Counted from the first letter of the stretch, positions 20,583 through 30,864 are shown. The stretch is DNA of 64,000 nt from an uncultured Chthonomonadaceae bacterium (GCA_963835065.1 CAWIEK010000044.1:502339-566338); one strand, 5' to 3'. Translations and numbers: made by a program. The notes: generated by a model from the letters alone, not told the origin.

Positions 20583-20683
20583 TAGTTGATGGTTGATAGT
20601 TGATAGTCACATCGTTCTCCTGATAGGATGTGCCTTCAGCTAACAGCCAGCGCCTATCAACTATCAACCATCAACTATCAACT
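20575..20683. repeat. Palindromic element (GTTGATA)n ... (TATCAAC)n
   Basis: Left arm supplies the motA stop codon; right arm ends just before the motB ATG. Confidence 0.9.
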
Positions 20684-20686
20684 CCT

Positions 20687-21545
20687 ATGAAACGACGCCA
20701 ACACCTCCCCGACAGCCACCACAATTCGGAACGCTGGCTGCTCACTTACGCCGACATGATTACCCTCCTGACGGCGTTCTTTTTGATGCTGTACTCGATG
20801 TCGGTGATGAGCCGGGGCAAATTCAGCGCCCTCGCGTCTTCGGTGCGCAGCGGCTTCGGCAGCGTGACGCCGGGCGGAACCGGAATTTTGAAGGATGGTT
20901 CCGGTTCGGGTTCCACATCGGGACGGCTTTCCACATGAAGAATATCGCCATTATCAAGAAGCGATGGCAGATTTGCGGAGATTTGTGGAACAACAGGGTA
21001 GGAGCAAACAGGTGCAGATGCGCGCCGACAGCCGGGGCGTGGTAATTTCCCTGCTGTCGGATGGCATGTTGTTTGCGCGGGGATCGGCAAATCTGCAAGC
21101 GGAAAGCAACGGATTGCTGGATCATGTCGCGCAGATACTGCGGACGGCCCCGAACAATGTGCAGGTGGAAGGGCATACGTGCGACCTGCCCATTCACAGC
21201 GCGGCGTTCCCGTCCAACTGGGAACTGTCCACCGCCCGCGCGGGCGCGATCCTGCGGCATTTTACCGAGGGCGCGGAGGCCCTCAATCCACAGCGGTTTA
21301 CGTGCGCGGGGTACGCCGATACGCGCCCCATAGCCGCCAACGACACGGAAGAACACCGGGCGCGTAATCGCCGCGTAGAAATCGTGCTGCTGAAAACGGA
21401 CGCGCAGCGCGACGCGGACGCCCTGCGCCGCCAGGAAATACGGCGCATACAGGATACAGGGGGGCAGGTTAGGTTCAGTTTCAGGTTTCAGTTAGTGGCT
21501 ATTGCTTGTTGGGACAAAGCGCCCATTGAACAACGTAGTTCCTGA
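20687..21545 (+). CDS. motB: Flagellar stator protein B, split by a frameshift near 20930 (likely sequence error)
   Basis: WLLTYADMITLL in 20687-20938; OmpA-like VEGHT, NWELSTARA and NRRVEI in the overlapping frame ending 21545. Confidence 0.85.
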
Positions 21546-21601
21546 ATACCTGAAACCTAAGCCTGAAACCTGAATGCCTGCAACAATAAGGAATAGAGTT
21601 T

Positions 21602-22132
21602 ATGTCAGCGAAAGCGAAAGAACCGGAGAAAGAGGGCGAAGGCGGCAAGAAAAAGAAGCTGCCGTTGCCGATGATTATTGGCGTGGTGGTGCTGATTGTG
21701 GCGCTGCTCGTGGGCAAAAGCGTGATGGGCGGCGGCAAAAAGCACAAGGTGAAGAAGGAAAAAGTAACGCAGGAAATGGGAATTTCGCTGCCCTTAGATG
21801 AGTTTTTGGTGAATCTGAACGGCGGGGGCGACCACTATTTGCGCGCGCAGATCGCTGTCGGCCTGAAAAAAGGGCTGACCGAAGAGCAGGGCAAAGAACA
21901 CGTCGCGCCGATGCGGGACGCTATTCTGTCCGTGCTGAGTACCAAAACCCTGACCGAAGTTTCCAAGCCCAAAGACCGGGAAGACTTGAAAGAGGAGTTG
22001 AAGAAGAAGATCAACGAAGCGCTGGAAGCCGCGGAACCCAAAGACAAAGACAAGGACGAGGAAGCCGACGAGAAAGAAGGCGGCAAAGAAACGGTTTTGA
22101 AAGTGTACTTCACCGCCTTCGCCACGCAGTAA
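21602..22132 (+). CDS. fliL: Flagellar basal-body associated protein
   Basis: Single TM after KKKKLP, FLVNL, RDAILSVLS, VYFTAFATQ. Confidence 0.9.
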   Translation: MSAKAKEPEKEGEGGKKKKLPLPMIIGVVVLIVALLVGKSVMGGGKKHKVKKEKVTQEMGISLPLDEFLVNLNGGGDHYLRAQIAVGLKKGLTEEQGKEHVAPMRDAILSVLSTKTLTEVSKPKDREDLKEELKKKINEALEAAEPKDKDKDEEADEKEGGKETVLKVYFTAFATQ

Positions 22133-22183
22133 CTCTTGTGACGGCTTTCTGCGCGGCATTCACATCTCTGTGCAGCACAAAAT

Positions 22184-22259
22184 AGCCCCTCTCCCAAAGT
22201 TGGGAGAGGGATTATTGTTAAATCCAACTTCTCTCCTAAAGTTAGGAGAGAAGTTGGGG
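22184..22259. repeat. Tandem REP-like hairpins CCCCTCTCCC...GGGAGAGGGG; possible terminator for convergent genes
   Basis: Two stem-loops; a related CCCCTTCTCCC...GGGAGAAGGGG lies near 50002-50035. Confidence 0.7.
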
Positions 22260-22268
22260 TGAAGGCTT

Positions 22269-23735
22269 CTAGCGGGAATGGCGCAGCAGATTGCGGACGT
22301 ACAAATTCGTTACGGGCCGGCTCTCGTAGTTCTGGCCGAGCAGTTTGCGCAGGCGCTGTATGGCGACCTCGCGGGGCACATGGAAATGCTGCTCGTACTC
22401 GCGCCAGAAGTTCTGCCACCAGTCGGCAGGCTCCACTTTCGCGCCCGCGTACTCTGTAATGCGCCCGGTTTCAGATTGCGTAACCAGGCTGCCTACGCTG
22501 TCACTGTGCGCGTACACGCGGCCAATCTGCGTTTTGATGGCCTGCAAATCGTCCGCGCTGACCACGCCATTGTCGGTCGCCTTGTAAAACTGGACGGTGA
22601 CGCGCACGGGAAAGCGCGGGTCGCGCTCAATCGGCAGGTTGTCTATTTCCGTGTACGGCCCTTCCATCGCGCCATGCCCGATGACGGCGTTTTCCACGTT
22701 GCTTTGGGCGCGGCTGCGAACCATTGCTCCGGCAGGCGCAGCCGCCATTGCCTTATCTTCTATCTCATACTTCATGGGTGGGCGCGGCTTTTGCTTGAGC
22801 GGAACCTGAATCAGCAGCACCATATTCAGGCCCGCTTCGCTTTTCGCCACTGTGGGGCTGTCGGGCGAAACGTCGCCGTGATGGTTCGTGTGAAAATCGC
22901 TTTCGCGCTCCCCCGTCAGGCTGGCGCGTTGGCCGTGCGCGTTGTGGAACAAGCGTTGCCCCCACACGGCTCCCGTTTCAAAAGCGTCTCGCGTGTTGTC
23001 AATGATGGTCGCGCTGGTTCCCTCCCGCGTGGCGAGAATGGTCAGCACGGCGGGATTTTTGGCGTAACTCTGGTAGTTGAACACGACGGGATTGAACGTG
23101 GCCTTGCCCTGTTTGGGAACCGGCAGGAAACACGCCTGCGCGGACACCAATGCTTTGCTGTCCCGTTCCGGCGCAAGCAGGCTTTTCGATTTGCCGCCGC
23201 TCCACGAGGCCGGATGGGTCAGAAACGCCGTCGGCTCCTGCAAAAACTCATACAGGGACACGCGCCGCAGAATGTCGCTGCCACCTGACGCCTGATTGCC
23301 GACGAGCAGGGTGAAGTCGCGCGGGTCAATGTCGCAGGTTATATCCGAAAAGTTGGGGTAGCGGATCACGGGCATCGCCGTGACCTCCAGTTGGCGCGTT
23401 TGCGGGTTGCGCGTCGCCACCTGAATGGTCATGTCACTGATGTTCGGCCCCACAGACGAGCCTTTGTACCGTCCCGTATCCTCCCACGTCAGGTTGAGAA
23501 TGTCCAGCCCGTGCTGCCGCGCCATGCGCTTCGCCGTCGCGTCGGAAACCATTTGCGCGGTCTTCTGCACCGCGCTGCGATACGCGGCGGAACCTGGCAC
23601 ATCCGGGCGCGTGGTCGCATTGGTTTTAGGCGCGTCCGCTCCGCCCCGTCCTCCAATCAGAACCGCCGCGATTGCGCCAATCCCCGCCACTAATTTCGCG
23701 CTTTTTCTCGAACTCTCAGGTTGTTTGTGCTGCAT
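22269..23735 (-). CDS. Uncharacterised exported protein (488 aa)
   Basis: Long ORF with N-terminal hydrophobic segment and conserved-looking WEDTGRYKGSSVGPNISDMT block; no function recognised. Confidence 0.75.
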   Translation of the reverse strand: MQHKQPESSRKSAKLVAGIGAIAAVLIGGRGGADAPKTNATTRPDVPGSAAYRSAVQKTAQMVSDATAKRMARQHGLDILNLTWEDTGRYKGSSVGPNISDMTIQVATRNPQTRQLEVTAMPVIRYPNFSDITCDIDPRDFTLLVGNQASGGSDILRRVSLYEFLQEPTAFLTHPASWSGGKSKSLLAPERDSKALVSAQACFLPVPKQGKATFNPVVFNYQSYAKNPAVLTILATREGTSATIIDNTRDAFETGAVWGQRLFHNAHGQRASLTGERESDFHTNHHGDVSPDSPTVAKSEAGLNMVLLIQVPLKQKPRPPMKYEIEDKAMAAAPAGAMVRSRAQSNVENAVIGHGAMEGPYTEIDNLPIERDPRFPVRVTVQFYKATDNGVVSADDLQAIKTQIGRVYAHSDSVGSLVTQSETGRITEYAGAKVEPADWWQNFWREYEQHFHVPREVAIQRLRKLLGQNYESRPVTNLYVRNLLRHSR

Positions 23736-23943
23736 ATTGGAACTCCTGTCCTCCCAAAACGGATGCCATTTGAACGTGTTCGCTTTATAGCAACGCCATT
23801 CACAGGGTTAGTTCCGCCACGAAGGCCAAAAGTTCATTCATCCGATTATTATTGATTAAAATGTCTCCGACTCAAACGTACTGCCTGATCGGAACTTCTG
23901 CTTTCTCTTACCTCGTCACAGTCCGTAGACAGCAGTTTTTCTG

Positions 23944-23973
23944 TTGACTTTCAGCCGACAACTATGTTATAGT
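23944..23973 (+). promoter_or_regulatory. Sigma70-type promoter
   Basis: TTGACT-18bp-TATAGT with extended -10 TG. Confidence 0.6.
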
Positions 23974-24030
23974 ACACACACCACACCTCGGAGTTATGAC
24001 CAGTGCCATTACCATTGAGGGAGCCGTGAA

Positions 24031-24426
24031 GTGAAATCAGCAACTGCCGCTATCCTGAATACCTGCCATGTACCGGAAGCCATACGGCAACGCATCTTTG
24101 ATTGTCAAACCGAAGACAATTGGGATGATGAGGGCGCGACGGGAATTACGTGGAAGTCCTGCAATGCCGCTCTTGAATTTCTTCAAGAAGTATGGGAGCG
24201 TGACAATTCAATACCGATACCGAGTATTTCTCCGTCAGTTTACGGACAAGTGACGCTTCATTGGCGCAATGGTGGTAAACACTTGATTGCTCGGCCTTCC
24301 GCCGACACGGATTTAACATTTTATCGCTTCTCAGAAGCAGAGGGTGTCAGTTCGTATGGTGACGCTTCCCGTAACCAGATAATTCAGCGCATTCTAAACT
24401 TCTTTAGTGCAGGCCATGCCGAATAA
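24031..24426 (+). CDS. Hypothetical protein, first gene of a low-GC two-gene module
   Basis: DNWDDEGA...AALEFL...IPIPSISPSVYGQVTLHW; overlaps the next gene. Confidence 0.65.
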   Translation: MKSATAAILNTCHVPEAIRQRIFDCQTEDNWDDEGATGITWKSCNAALEFLQEVWERDNSIPIPSISPSVYGQVTLHWRNGGKHLIARPSADTDLTFYRFSEAEGVSSYGDASRNQIIQRILNFFSAGHAE

Positions 24427-24882
24427 AATTGATGAGAGCGATTGGCTATATCGGCTGGTACGACCTGCTCACTGCCAAAACGGTGAACTGTCTTTGGATG
24501 CTTTTGACGATAAATACGATGCGCAATCATTTAATCTTGTCAGCCTCTCGTCACCTCGCGCTACCTTAGAGAAATTTGCTTTCTCTTTGATGGGACGCGA
24601 AAGAAATGCAAAAAGAAGACCGGGGAGGCAGACCCTACGTTTTTAGAGATGTATGAAGCAGGTTATCGCGTTGCTGTAGTCTCTGTACATTCTATTCGCA
24701 AATTGGGACTTGTATTCAAACGTTCAGAAGAGGGCGATGAGTACAACCCCAAAACCGCTCACGTTAATGTGATTGACGCAAAGAGCAAGGCGGAACTGTT
24801 GCTTGATTACGCCCATGTGTTGAGCAGGGAAGAAACCATTTCAGGTTTCTCCCCGCCGAATACTGAAACAGACGCACATTAG
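24416..24882 (+). CDS. Hypothetical protein (possible RES/ART-like toxin), one frameshift near 24585
   Basis: WLYRLV...DAFDD...SF in the first frame; the second frame reads FDGTRKK...EMYEAGYRVAVV...AHVNV. Confidence 0.55.
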
Positions 24883-24905
24883 AACTGTCTAATGTGCGTC
24901 TGTTT
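24866..24905. terminator. Bidirectional intrinsic terminator
   Basis: AAACAGACGCACATTAGA-ACTG-TCTAATGTGCGTCTGTTT perfect stem between convergent genes. Confidence 0.8.
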
Positions 24906-24913
24906 TCCTGTAT

Positions 24914-26107
24914 TCAGATAGGAAGTTCGTTGTCGTCGGGGTAGCCGTGCTGCTGGCGGCCTACCGCCGCGTCGTAGCGTTTGGTACTCTTGTACAGTTC
25001 CAGATGGCCGTCGGAAGCGGCGAGGCTGCACCGTTCGCGCAGGGCTTGCATCTCCTGCATGGTCATGGGCTTGAAGTCGCGGGCTACGCCTAAGTTTTGC
25101 CGCAGCACGGTCAGCGAATCAATGCCGCTGATGGTTGTGGCGGCGGGCAGGCTCATGGCGTAGCGCAGGGCTTCCGTGATGGTGACGGCTCCCTGTATGA
25201 CCGCTTCGCCGTTGCCGCCCAGACTTTTCATGCCGAACACCGCCATGCCTCGCCGTTGCGCTTCCGGCAAGACCTGCTGCTCAAAACTCCGATACGTGGC
25301 GTCAAAGACGTTGAGCGGCATTTGTACCGTATCGAATTTCACGCCCCGTTGGTCGGCCAATTGCAGCATCCGCAGGTGTATCATCGGGTTCTTGTGGCCC
25401 GTGAAACCCACGAACCGGACTTTACCCTGCTGTTTCGCCTGCGCAAGGGCTTCCACGACGCCACCCGGCATAAAGTGCAGATCGGGATCGTTCCAGTACA
25501 CGCACTCGTGGATTTGCCATACGTCCAGATGGTCGGTGCGCAATCGCCGCAGCGACTCTTCCAATTGCGTCATGGCGACTTTGGCATCGCGCCCGTGCGT
25601 ACACACTTTGGTCATCAACACCACTTTGTCGCGCCGTCCCTGCAAGGCGCGTCCCATCCAATCCTCGCTTTTGTGGTCGTTGTACTCCCAGGCGTTGTCC
25701 ATGAAGTTGACGCCCGCGTCTACAGCCTCATGCACGATTTTTTCCGCCGTGTCGTAGGAGTCCGCCTGTCCAAGCGTGGAGCCGCCAATGCCGATGATAG
25801 AGACATTAACGCCCGTGCTGCCCATCGGCTTTTGCGGTATCTGTCCCGGTCCCGTGTTGGTCATGGCAAGGGGCGACAGCGGGTGCGCCGGACGCGCGGG
25901 CGAGGTATTGATAACATTTTTACCGGCAAACGCGGACGGTGTTTGCGAACTCTGCCCGCCTTCGGGGGGCGGCGGCTTCTGCTGTTCCTGCGCCCCGCTG
26001 CTTTGTCCCGGCAATGCCAATGTCGCTCCTAGCAAACCCGTCTGCGTCAGAAATCGCCTGCGCTCCGGGTTTTTGGGCATTTCTGCGTCATTATTATTTT
26101 CTTGCAT
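24914..26107 (-). CDS. Tat-exported aldo/keto reductase
   Basis: ERRRFL twin-arginine signal; DNAWEY, MTKV, SLRRLRTDHLD, GFTGHK. Confidence 0.85.
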   Translation of the reverse strand: MQENNNDAEMPKNPERRRFLTQTGLLGATLALPGQSSGAQEQQKPPPPEGGQSSQTPSAFAGKNVINTSPARPAHPLSPLAMTNTGPGQIPQKPMGSTGVNVSIIGIGGSTLGQADSYDTAEKIVHEAVDAGVNFMDNAWEYNDHKSEDWMGRALQGRRDKVVLMTKVCTHGRDAKVAMTQLEESLRRLRTDHLDVWQIHECVYWNDPDLHFMPGGVVEALAQAKQQGKVRFVGFTGHKNPMIHLRMLQLADQRGVKFDTVQMPLNVFDATYRSFEQQVLPEAQRRGMAVFGMKSLGGNGEAVIQGAVTITEALRYAMSLPAATTISGIDSLTVLRQNLGVARDFKPMTMQEMQALRERCSLAASDGHLELYKSTKRYDAAVGRQQHGYPDDNELPI

Positions 26108-26233
26108 TTTAATTTCCGGTATAGTCCGGGGAATAAATTCCTCGGCTGTAGTAACGAAGTCCGCCTGCGCGGACTGAAACAGTTTAATGAACCAGTCACC
26201 AATCACCAACCACCAACCACCACCAACCAGCCA

Positions 26234-27409
26234 CTACAGCCGGGACTCGTCGGAACCGGGGCGGCCTTTCAGTTGCAGTGACTCTTTCACTTCCTTTTGC
26301 TGCCTGTCTATGGGAAAGCCGTGCGGCTGGCGGGTTTCGGGGTTGTCGTACTTGAGGGACACTTTGTACAATTCAAAGCGGCCATCCCCGGCTGTGGCGG
26401 CGCACCGCTGTTCCAATGCCTGCTTGTCTGAGGCGCTGATGGGGTGGAAATCCCGCGCAAGGGCGAGGTTTTTGTTCAGGATGTCCATCGAATCCATGCC
26501 GCTGATGGTGGTGGCGACGGGCAGGCTCATGGCGTAGCGCAGCAGTTCTTCGGGCGTGACCACGCCGCGCTTGATGGACTCCGCCGTGCCGCCCATCGGC
26601 TTCATGCCCAACACGCCGATGCCGCGCCGCATGGCTTCGGGCAGCACCTGACGCTGAAAACTGAAAAAGTTGGCGTCAAACGGGTTGAGCGGCATTTGCA
26701 CGGTGTCAAAAGCAAACCCGCGCCGCAGCATTTCCAGATGCATTCCGGGGTCTTTGTGGCCTGTGAATCCGACAAAGCGGACTTTGCCCTGCTGCTTGGC
26801 CTTGCTCATCGCTTCCAAGATGCCGCCCTTCGCATACGCAAGCGCCGGGTCATTGTCATAGGTAATGGCGTGTATCTGCCACAAATCCAGATGGTCGGTC
26901 TGCAAGCGGCGCAGCGATTCTTCCAGCATTTGCATGCCCACTTTGGCGTCGCGCCCGTGCGTACACACTTTTGTCATCAGGAACACGTTGTCGCGTCGGC
27001 CCTTCAAGCCCCGGCCCAGCCAATCCTCGCTTTTGCCGTTGTGGTACTCCCAGCAATTGTCGAAGAAGGTGATGCCCGCGTCTACCGCCTTTTGCACCAT
27101 GCTGACGGCCTCATCCACGCTTTCCACATCGCCGAGATGGTGGCCGCCCATCCCTAAAATAGAAACGTTCACGCCCGTTTTACCGAGCGGCTTTTGCGGT
27201 ATCTGCCCCGCGCCCGTATTGGTCATGGGCAGGGGCGCAAGCGTAGGCATGGGCGCATTGCCCGCATCATTTGCAGGGAATTGAGACGCCTGCGCGTCCG
27301 CGCCGCTTCCCATCGCAAGCCCCGCGCCTGCGAGTGCGGCGGTCTGGAGGAACCGTCGGCGTTGTGCGTTCATGCCGGAATCGGCAGGGTTGTTGGAATC
27401 TGGCTTCAT
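26234..27409 (-). CDS. Tat-exported aldo/keto reductase (paralogue)
   Basis: QRRRFL signal; DNCWEY, MTKVCTHGRDAKV, SLRRLQTDHLD. Confidence 0.85.
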   Translation of the reverse strand: MKPDSNNPADSGMNAQRRRFLQTAALAGAGLAMGSGADAQASQFPANDAGNAPMPTLAPLPMTNTGAGQIPQKPLGKTGVNVSILGMGGHHLGDVESVDEAVSMVQKAVDAGITFFDNCWEYHNGKSEDWLGRGLKGRRDNVFLMTKVCTHGRDAKVGMQMLEESLRRLQTDHLDLWQIHAITYDNDPALAYAKGGILEAMSKAKQQGKVRFVGFTGHKDPGMHLEMLRRGFAFDTVQMPLNPFDANFFSFQRQVLPEAMRRGIGVLGMKPMGGTAESIKRGVVTPEELLRYAMSLPVATTISGMDSMDILNKNLALARDFHPISASDKQALEQRCAATAGDGRFELYKVSLKYDNPETRQPHGFPIDRQQKEVKESLQLKGRPGSDESRL

Positions 27410-27708
27410 AAAACTGCCCTTTTGATCTTGCTGTTGTTGCTGAGGTGTCTTCTGCGCGGGTTGGAGAGCGCAGTTTGACTTTTCTTCTTAATTACGCTTG
27501 TCCCGCCAAAATCGCGTACACATAAAGAGGTAATCTTGCGTACACCCATTTCCTTGTGCCGGGGCAGGGATGTTCAAGAGGAATAGTGTTCAGGTATCAT
27601 AGGGAAGAAGACAGAAGACAGAAGACAGAAGACGCATACCTGTTCTTACTTCCTGACACCATAGAACCCTGAAAACCTAGAACCCTAAAACCTTACAAGG
27701 AGACTCTT

Positions 27709-28902
27709 TTGTTCCGTTTCTTAACTGCCGGGGAATCGCATGGCCCCGCCCTGTCGGCGATTATCGAAGGTTTGCCCGCCAATCTGCCCGTTGACTTTGC
27801 CGAAGTGAACCGCCAACTCAAGCGCAGGCAGGGCGGCTATGGACGGGGCGCGCGCCAGCAGATCGAAACCGATATGGCGGAGTTCACGTCGGGCATACGG
27901 TTTGGCCGGACGATGGGCGGGCCGATTACGCTGAACGTGCGCAACCGCGATCACGAGCAGAACTGGCAGGATCGGATGTCGGTCACGCCCGTAGATAATC
28001 CTACGCCTCCCATTACGCAGCCGCGTCCCGGCCATGCAGATTTTGCCGGGATGTTGAAGTACCACTACGACGACCTGCGCCCGATTCTGGAGCGTTCCAG
28101 CGCGCGCAACACGGCTGCCCTCGTTGCGGTGGGAGCCATTTGCCGCCAGTTGCTTCAGCATATCCATATCGAAATCGTCAGCCATGTGACGGTAATCGGC
28201 GGCATCCACGCGCGTTTTGCCCCTGATGCGTCCTACCATGAGATTGCGGCGAAAGCGGAAACCTCACCTGTGCGCTGCGGGGATGCCGAAGCCGAGTCGC
28301 GCATGATTGCGGCCATTGACGTATGTATGCAGGAAGGAACGCGGGATACATTGGGCGGCGTGTTTGAAGTGGTGGGATTGGGCTGTATGCCGGGGTTGGG
28401 CAGTTTCGTGCATTGGGATCGCAAATTGGACGCGCGGCTTGCGAGCGCCATGATGAGCATACAAGCCATGAAGGGCGTGGAATTCGGCATGGGGTTTGGC
28501 GTGGGCGAAATCCCCGGCTCGCAAATCCATGACCCAATCTATTATGACGCCGCCAAAGGCTTCACGCGGGGAACCAACAGCGCGGGCGGTATCGAAGGCG
28601 GCATGACAAACGGCGAACCCGTTGTCGTCCGCGTCGCCATGAAACCCCTGTCCACGCTTCCAACGCCCTTAGCCTCCGTAGATATGAAAACAAAGGAAGC
28701 GGTCAAAGCGCATTTCGAGCGTTCCGACGTGTGCGCCGTACCCGCCGCCGCCACGATTGGCGAAGCGATGATGGCAATCGTGCTGGCCGAAGCCGCGCTG
28801 GAAAAATTCGGCGGCGACAGCCTGGAAGAATGGACGCGCAACGCCGCCGCGTATCGCGCCGATATTGAGGAACGCGGTTTCAAGTTGATAGTTGATAGAT
28901 GA
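27709..28902 (+). CDS. aroC: Chorismate synthase
   Basis: FLTAGESHG, PRPGHAD, ERSSAR, GGIEGGMTNG, ERSD. Confidence 0.97.
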   Translation: MFRFLTAGESHGPALSAIIEGLPANLPVDFAEVNRQLKRRQGGYGRGARQQIETDMAEFTSGIRFGRTMGGPITLNVRNRDHEQNWQDRMSVTPVDNPTPPITQPRPGHADFAGMLKYHYDDLRPILERSSARNTAALVAVGAICRQLLQHIHIEIVSHVTVIGGIHARFAPDASYHEIAAKAETSPVRCGDAEAESRMIAAIDVCMQEGTRDTLGGVFEVVGLGCMPGLGSFVHWDRKLDARLASAMMSIQAMKGVEFGMGFGVGEIPGSQIHDPIYYDAAKGFTRGTNSAGGIEGGMTNGEPVVVRVAMKPLSTLPTPLASVDMKTKEAVKAHFERSDVCAVPAAATIGEAMMAIVLAEAALEKFGGDSLEEWTRNAAAYRADIEERGFKLIVDR

Positions 28903-29039
28903 TAGTTGATAGTAGCGTTGCGCAATTAATGTCAGTGTCTTATGAGATCAGGAGTCGGAAAGTGGAACTTGTAGTTGCGGGGAAAGATGCTAAATTGGAG
29001 CAACCTAAACCTATCAACTATCAACTATCAACTATCAAC
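28883..29039. repeat. Palindromic element (GTTGATA)n ... (TATCAAC)n overlapping the aroC end and aroK start
   Basis: Left arm encodes KLIVDR-stop of AroC; right arm abuts the AroK core. Confidence 0.9.
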
Positions 29040-29549
29040 CTGGTTCTTACCGGTTTCATGGGCACGGGCAAGTCTACGCTGGGGCAGTTGTGCGCGGAGC
29101 GGCTTGGGTTTGAGTTTTGCGACAGCGATCAGGTGATGGAAGCGCAGGCGGGCTGTTCCATCCCGGAGTTGTTTCGGACGGAGGGAGAAGCGCGTTTTCG
29201 GCAGCGGGAGCGCGAGGTGATTGCCGGTCTATCAGCCACCCCTAACTTAGTAATCGCTACGGGCGGCGGGGTGGTTCTGGACGCCGAAAATGTTCAGAAG
29301 TTACGCGCGTCCGGGCTGGTTGTCCTGCTGACCGCTCCGCCCGATGTGATTTTGCAGCGCGTGGGTAATGGCGTTTCGCGGCCTTTGCTGGCGGATGCCG
29401 CCGATGCCCGCGCCCGTATCGTAGAAATGCTGTCACAGCGTATGCCCCTGTACCTTCAGGCCGCGCATTGTCAGGTGGAAACCGGAACCAAGCCAATGCC
29501 GGAGTTGGTTGAAGACATTATCCTGCTGTACGAACTAGCACAGGGATAA
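28899..29549 (+). CDS. aroK: Shikimate kinase (start uncertain; core begins near 29037)
   Basis: LTGFMGTGKST, GEARFRQRE, IATGGG, RPLL. Confidence 0.92.
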   Translation: MIVDSSVAQLMSVSYEIRSRKVELVVAGKDAKLEQPKPINYQLSTINLVLTGFMGTGKSTLGQLCAERLGFEFCDSDQVMEAQAGCSIPELFRTEGEARFRQREREVIAGLSATPNLVIATGGGVVLDAENVQKLRASGLVVLLTAPPDVILQRVGNGVSRPLLADAADARARIVEMLSQRMPLYLQAAHCQVETGTKPMPELVEDIILLYELAQG

Positions 29550-29550
29550 A

Positions 29551-29743
29551 TAAACCACGGAGAACACGGAGGACACGGAGAGGAGAGGAGAAGAGAGGAA
29601 TACTAACCACGGAGGACACGGATAACGCGGATAGACACGGATAAAAGGCATTTTGATCTGATCCGTGTTCATCTGTTTCATCCGTTTCATCCGTGGTAAG
29701 TCTCTCCCCTCTTCTCCGTGTCCTCCGTGTTCTCCGTGGTTTA
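29551..29743. mobile_element. MITE-like nested palindrome, copy 1
   Basis: Terminal inverted repeat TAAACCACGGAGAACACGGAGGACACGGAG; a closely similar copy lies at 34513-34730. Confidence 0.8.
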
Positions 29744-29761
29744 TTCCGCAGGGAGTGTAAT

Positions 29762-30856
29762 ATGGCGCAGGTTATTCCGGTTCCGTTGGGCAATCGGAGT
29801 TACAATATAAACATTGCGGCGGGGCTGATTGCGGGCGGGCAGGCGGGAAGTTGGCTGAGGCCGCTGCTGCCGGGCAAGCGCGTTTGTGTGGTCACGCATC
29901 CCAAACTGGAAGAACCGTATGCCGCGCCGATTGCGCGGCAATTGGAAGCGCAGGGCGTGACCACTGCGACGGTATGTATTCCTCCCGGCGAGCGTACTAA
30001 GAATTTAGGGGGAGTGGCGCGGCTGTACTCGGCGTTTGCGAAGGCGAAACTGGATCGCCGGAGCGTGGTTATTGCGGTGGGCGGCGGCGTTTTGGGCGAC
30101 ATGGTTGGGTTTGCCGCCGCGTCGTATCTGCGCGGCATCGGGTTTATACAGGTTCCGACGACCTTGTTGGCGCAGGTGGATGCTAGCGTGGGCGGCAAAA
30201 CGGGCGTGGATTTGCCCGAAGGCAAAAATCTGGTGGGCGCGTTTCATCAGCCCCTGGGCGTTTTGATTGACCCGGATACCCTGCGCACCCTGCCCCGCCG
30301 CGAACTGCGCGCGGGTTTGGCTGAAATAATCAAGTATGGTATAATTTACGACAGCGCTTTTTTTCACCGTATTGTACGGGAAGTGGATAGGCTGCTTGGA
30401 CTGGATGCGGACGCGCTGACGGCTGCCATTGCGCGTTCCTGCGAGATCAAGGCGGAAGTGGTGGGGCAGGACGAAACCGAGCAGGGACTGCGCGCCATTC
30501 TCAATTTCGGCCATACCATCGGGCATGCGCTGGAAGCCGTGACGCAGTATCGGCGTTATAAGCATGGGGAAGCCGTCGCCATCGGCATGATGTCCGCGTG
30601 TCTGATTGGCGAGGAACTGAACCTCACGCCGCCGGACGTGACCAATCAACTGGCGCGGGCGCTGAGAGCCGCCGGATTGCCCGCGTCGTTTCCCGCCGAT
30701 GTGGATGTAAACGCGATTCTGGAAGCGGCGCAGCGCGACAAGAAGACACTGGACGGCAAACTGCGCTTCGTGCTTGCCTCCCAATTGGGAACGGTGCAGG
30801 TTGTGGAGGATGTTCCCGCGTCCGCGATACGCGCTGCGCTTGCCCGGCAGCAGTAA
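29762..30856 (+). CDS. aroB: 3-dehydroquinate synthase
   Basis: GGGVLGD, PTTLLAQVDASVGGKTG, LNFGHTIGHALE, HGEAV, DKK. Confidence 0.97.
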   Translation: MAQVIPVPLGNRSYNINIAAGLIAGGQAGSWLRPLLPGKRVCVVTHPKLEEPYAAPIARQLEAQGVTTATVCIPPGERTKNLGGVARLYSAFAKAKLDRRSVVIAVGGGVLGDMVGFAAASYLRGIGFIQVPTTLLAQVDASVGGKTGVDLPEGKNLVGAFHQPLGVLIDPDTLRTLPRRELRAGLAEIIKYGIIYDSAFFHRIVREVDRLLGLDADALTAAIARSCEIKAEVVGQDETEQGLRAILNFGHTIGHALEAVTQYRRYKHGEAVAIGMMSACLIGEELNLTPPDVTNQLARALRAAGLPASFPADVDVNAILEAAQRDKKTLDGKLRFVLASQLGTVQVVEDVPASAIRAALARQQ

Positions 30857-30864
30857 AAGTTCTA

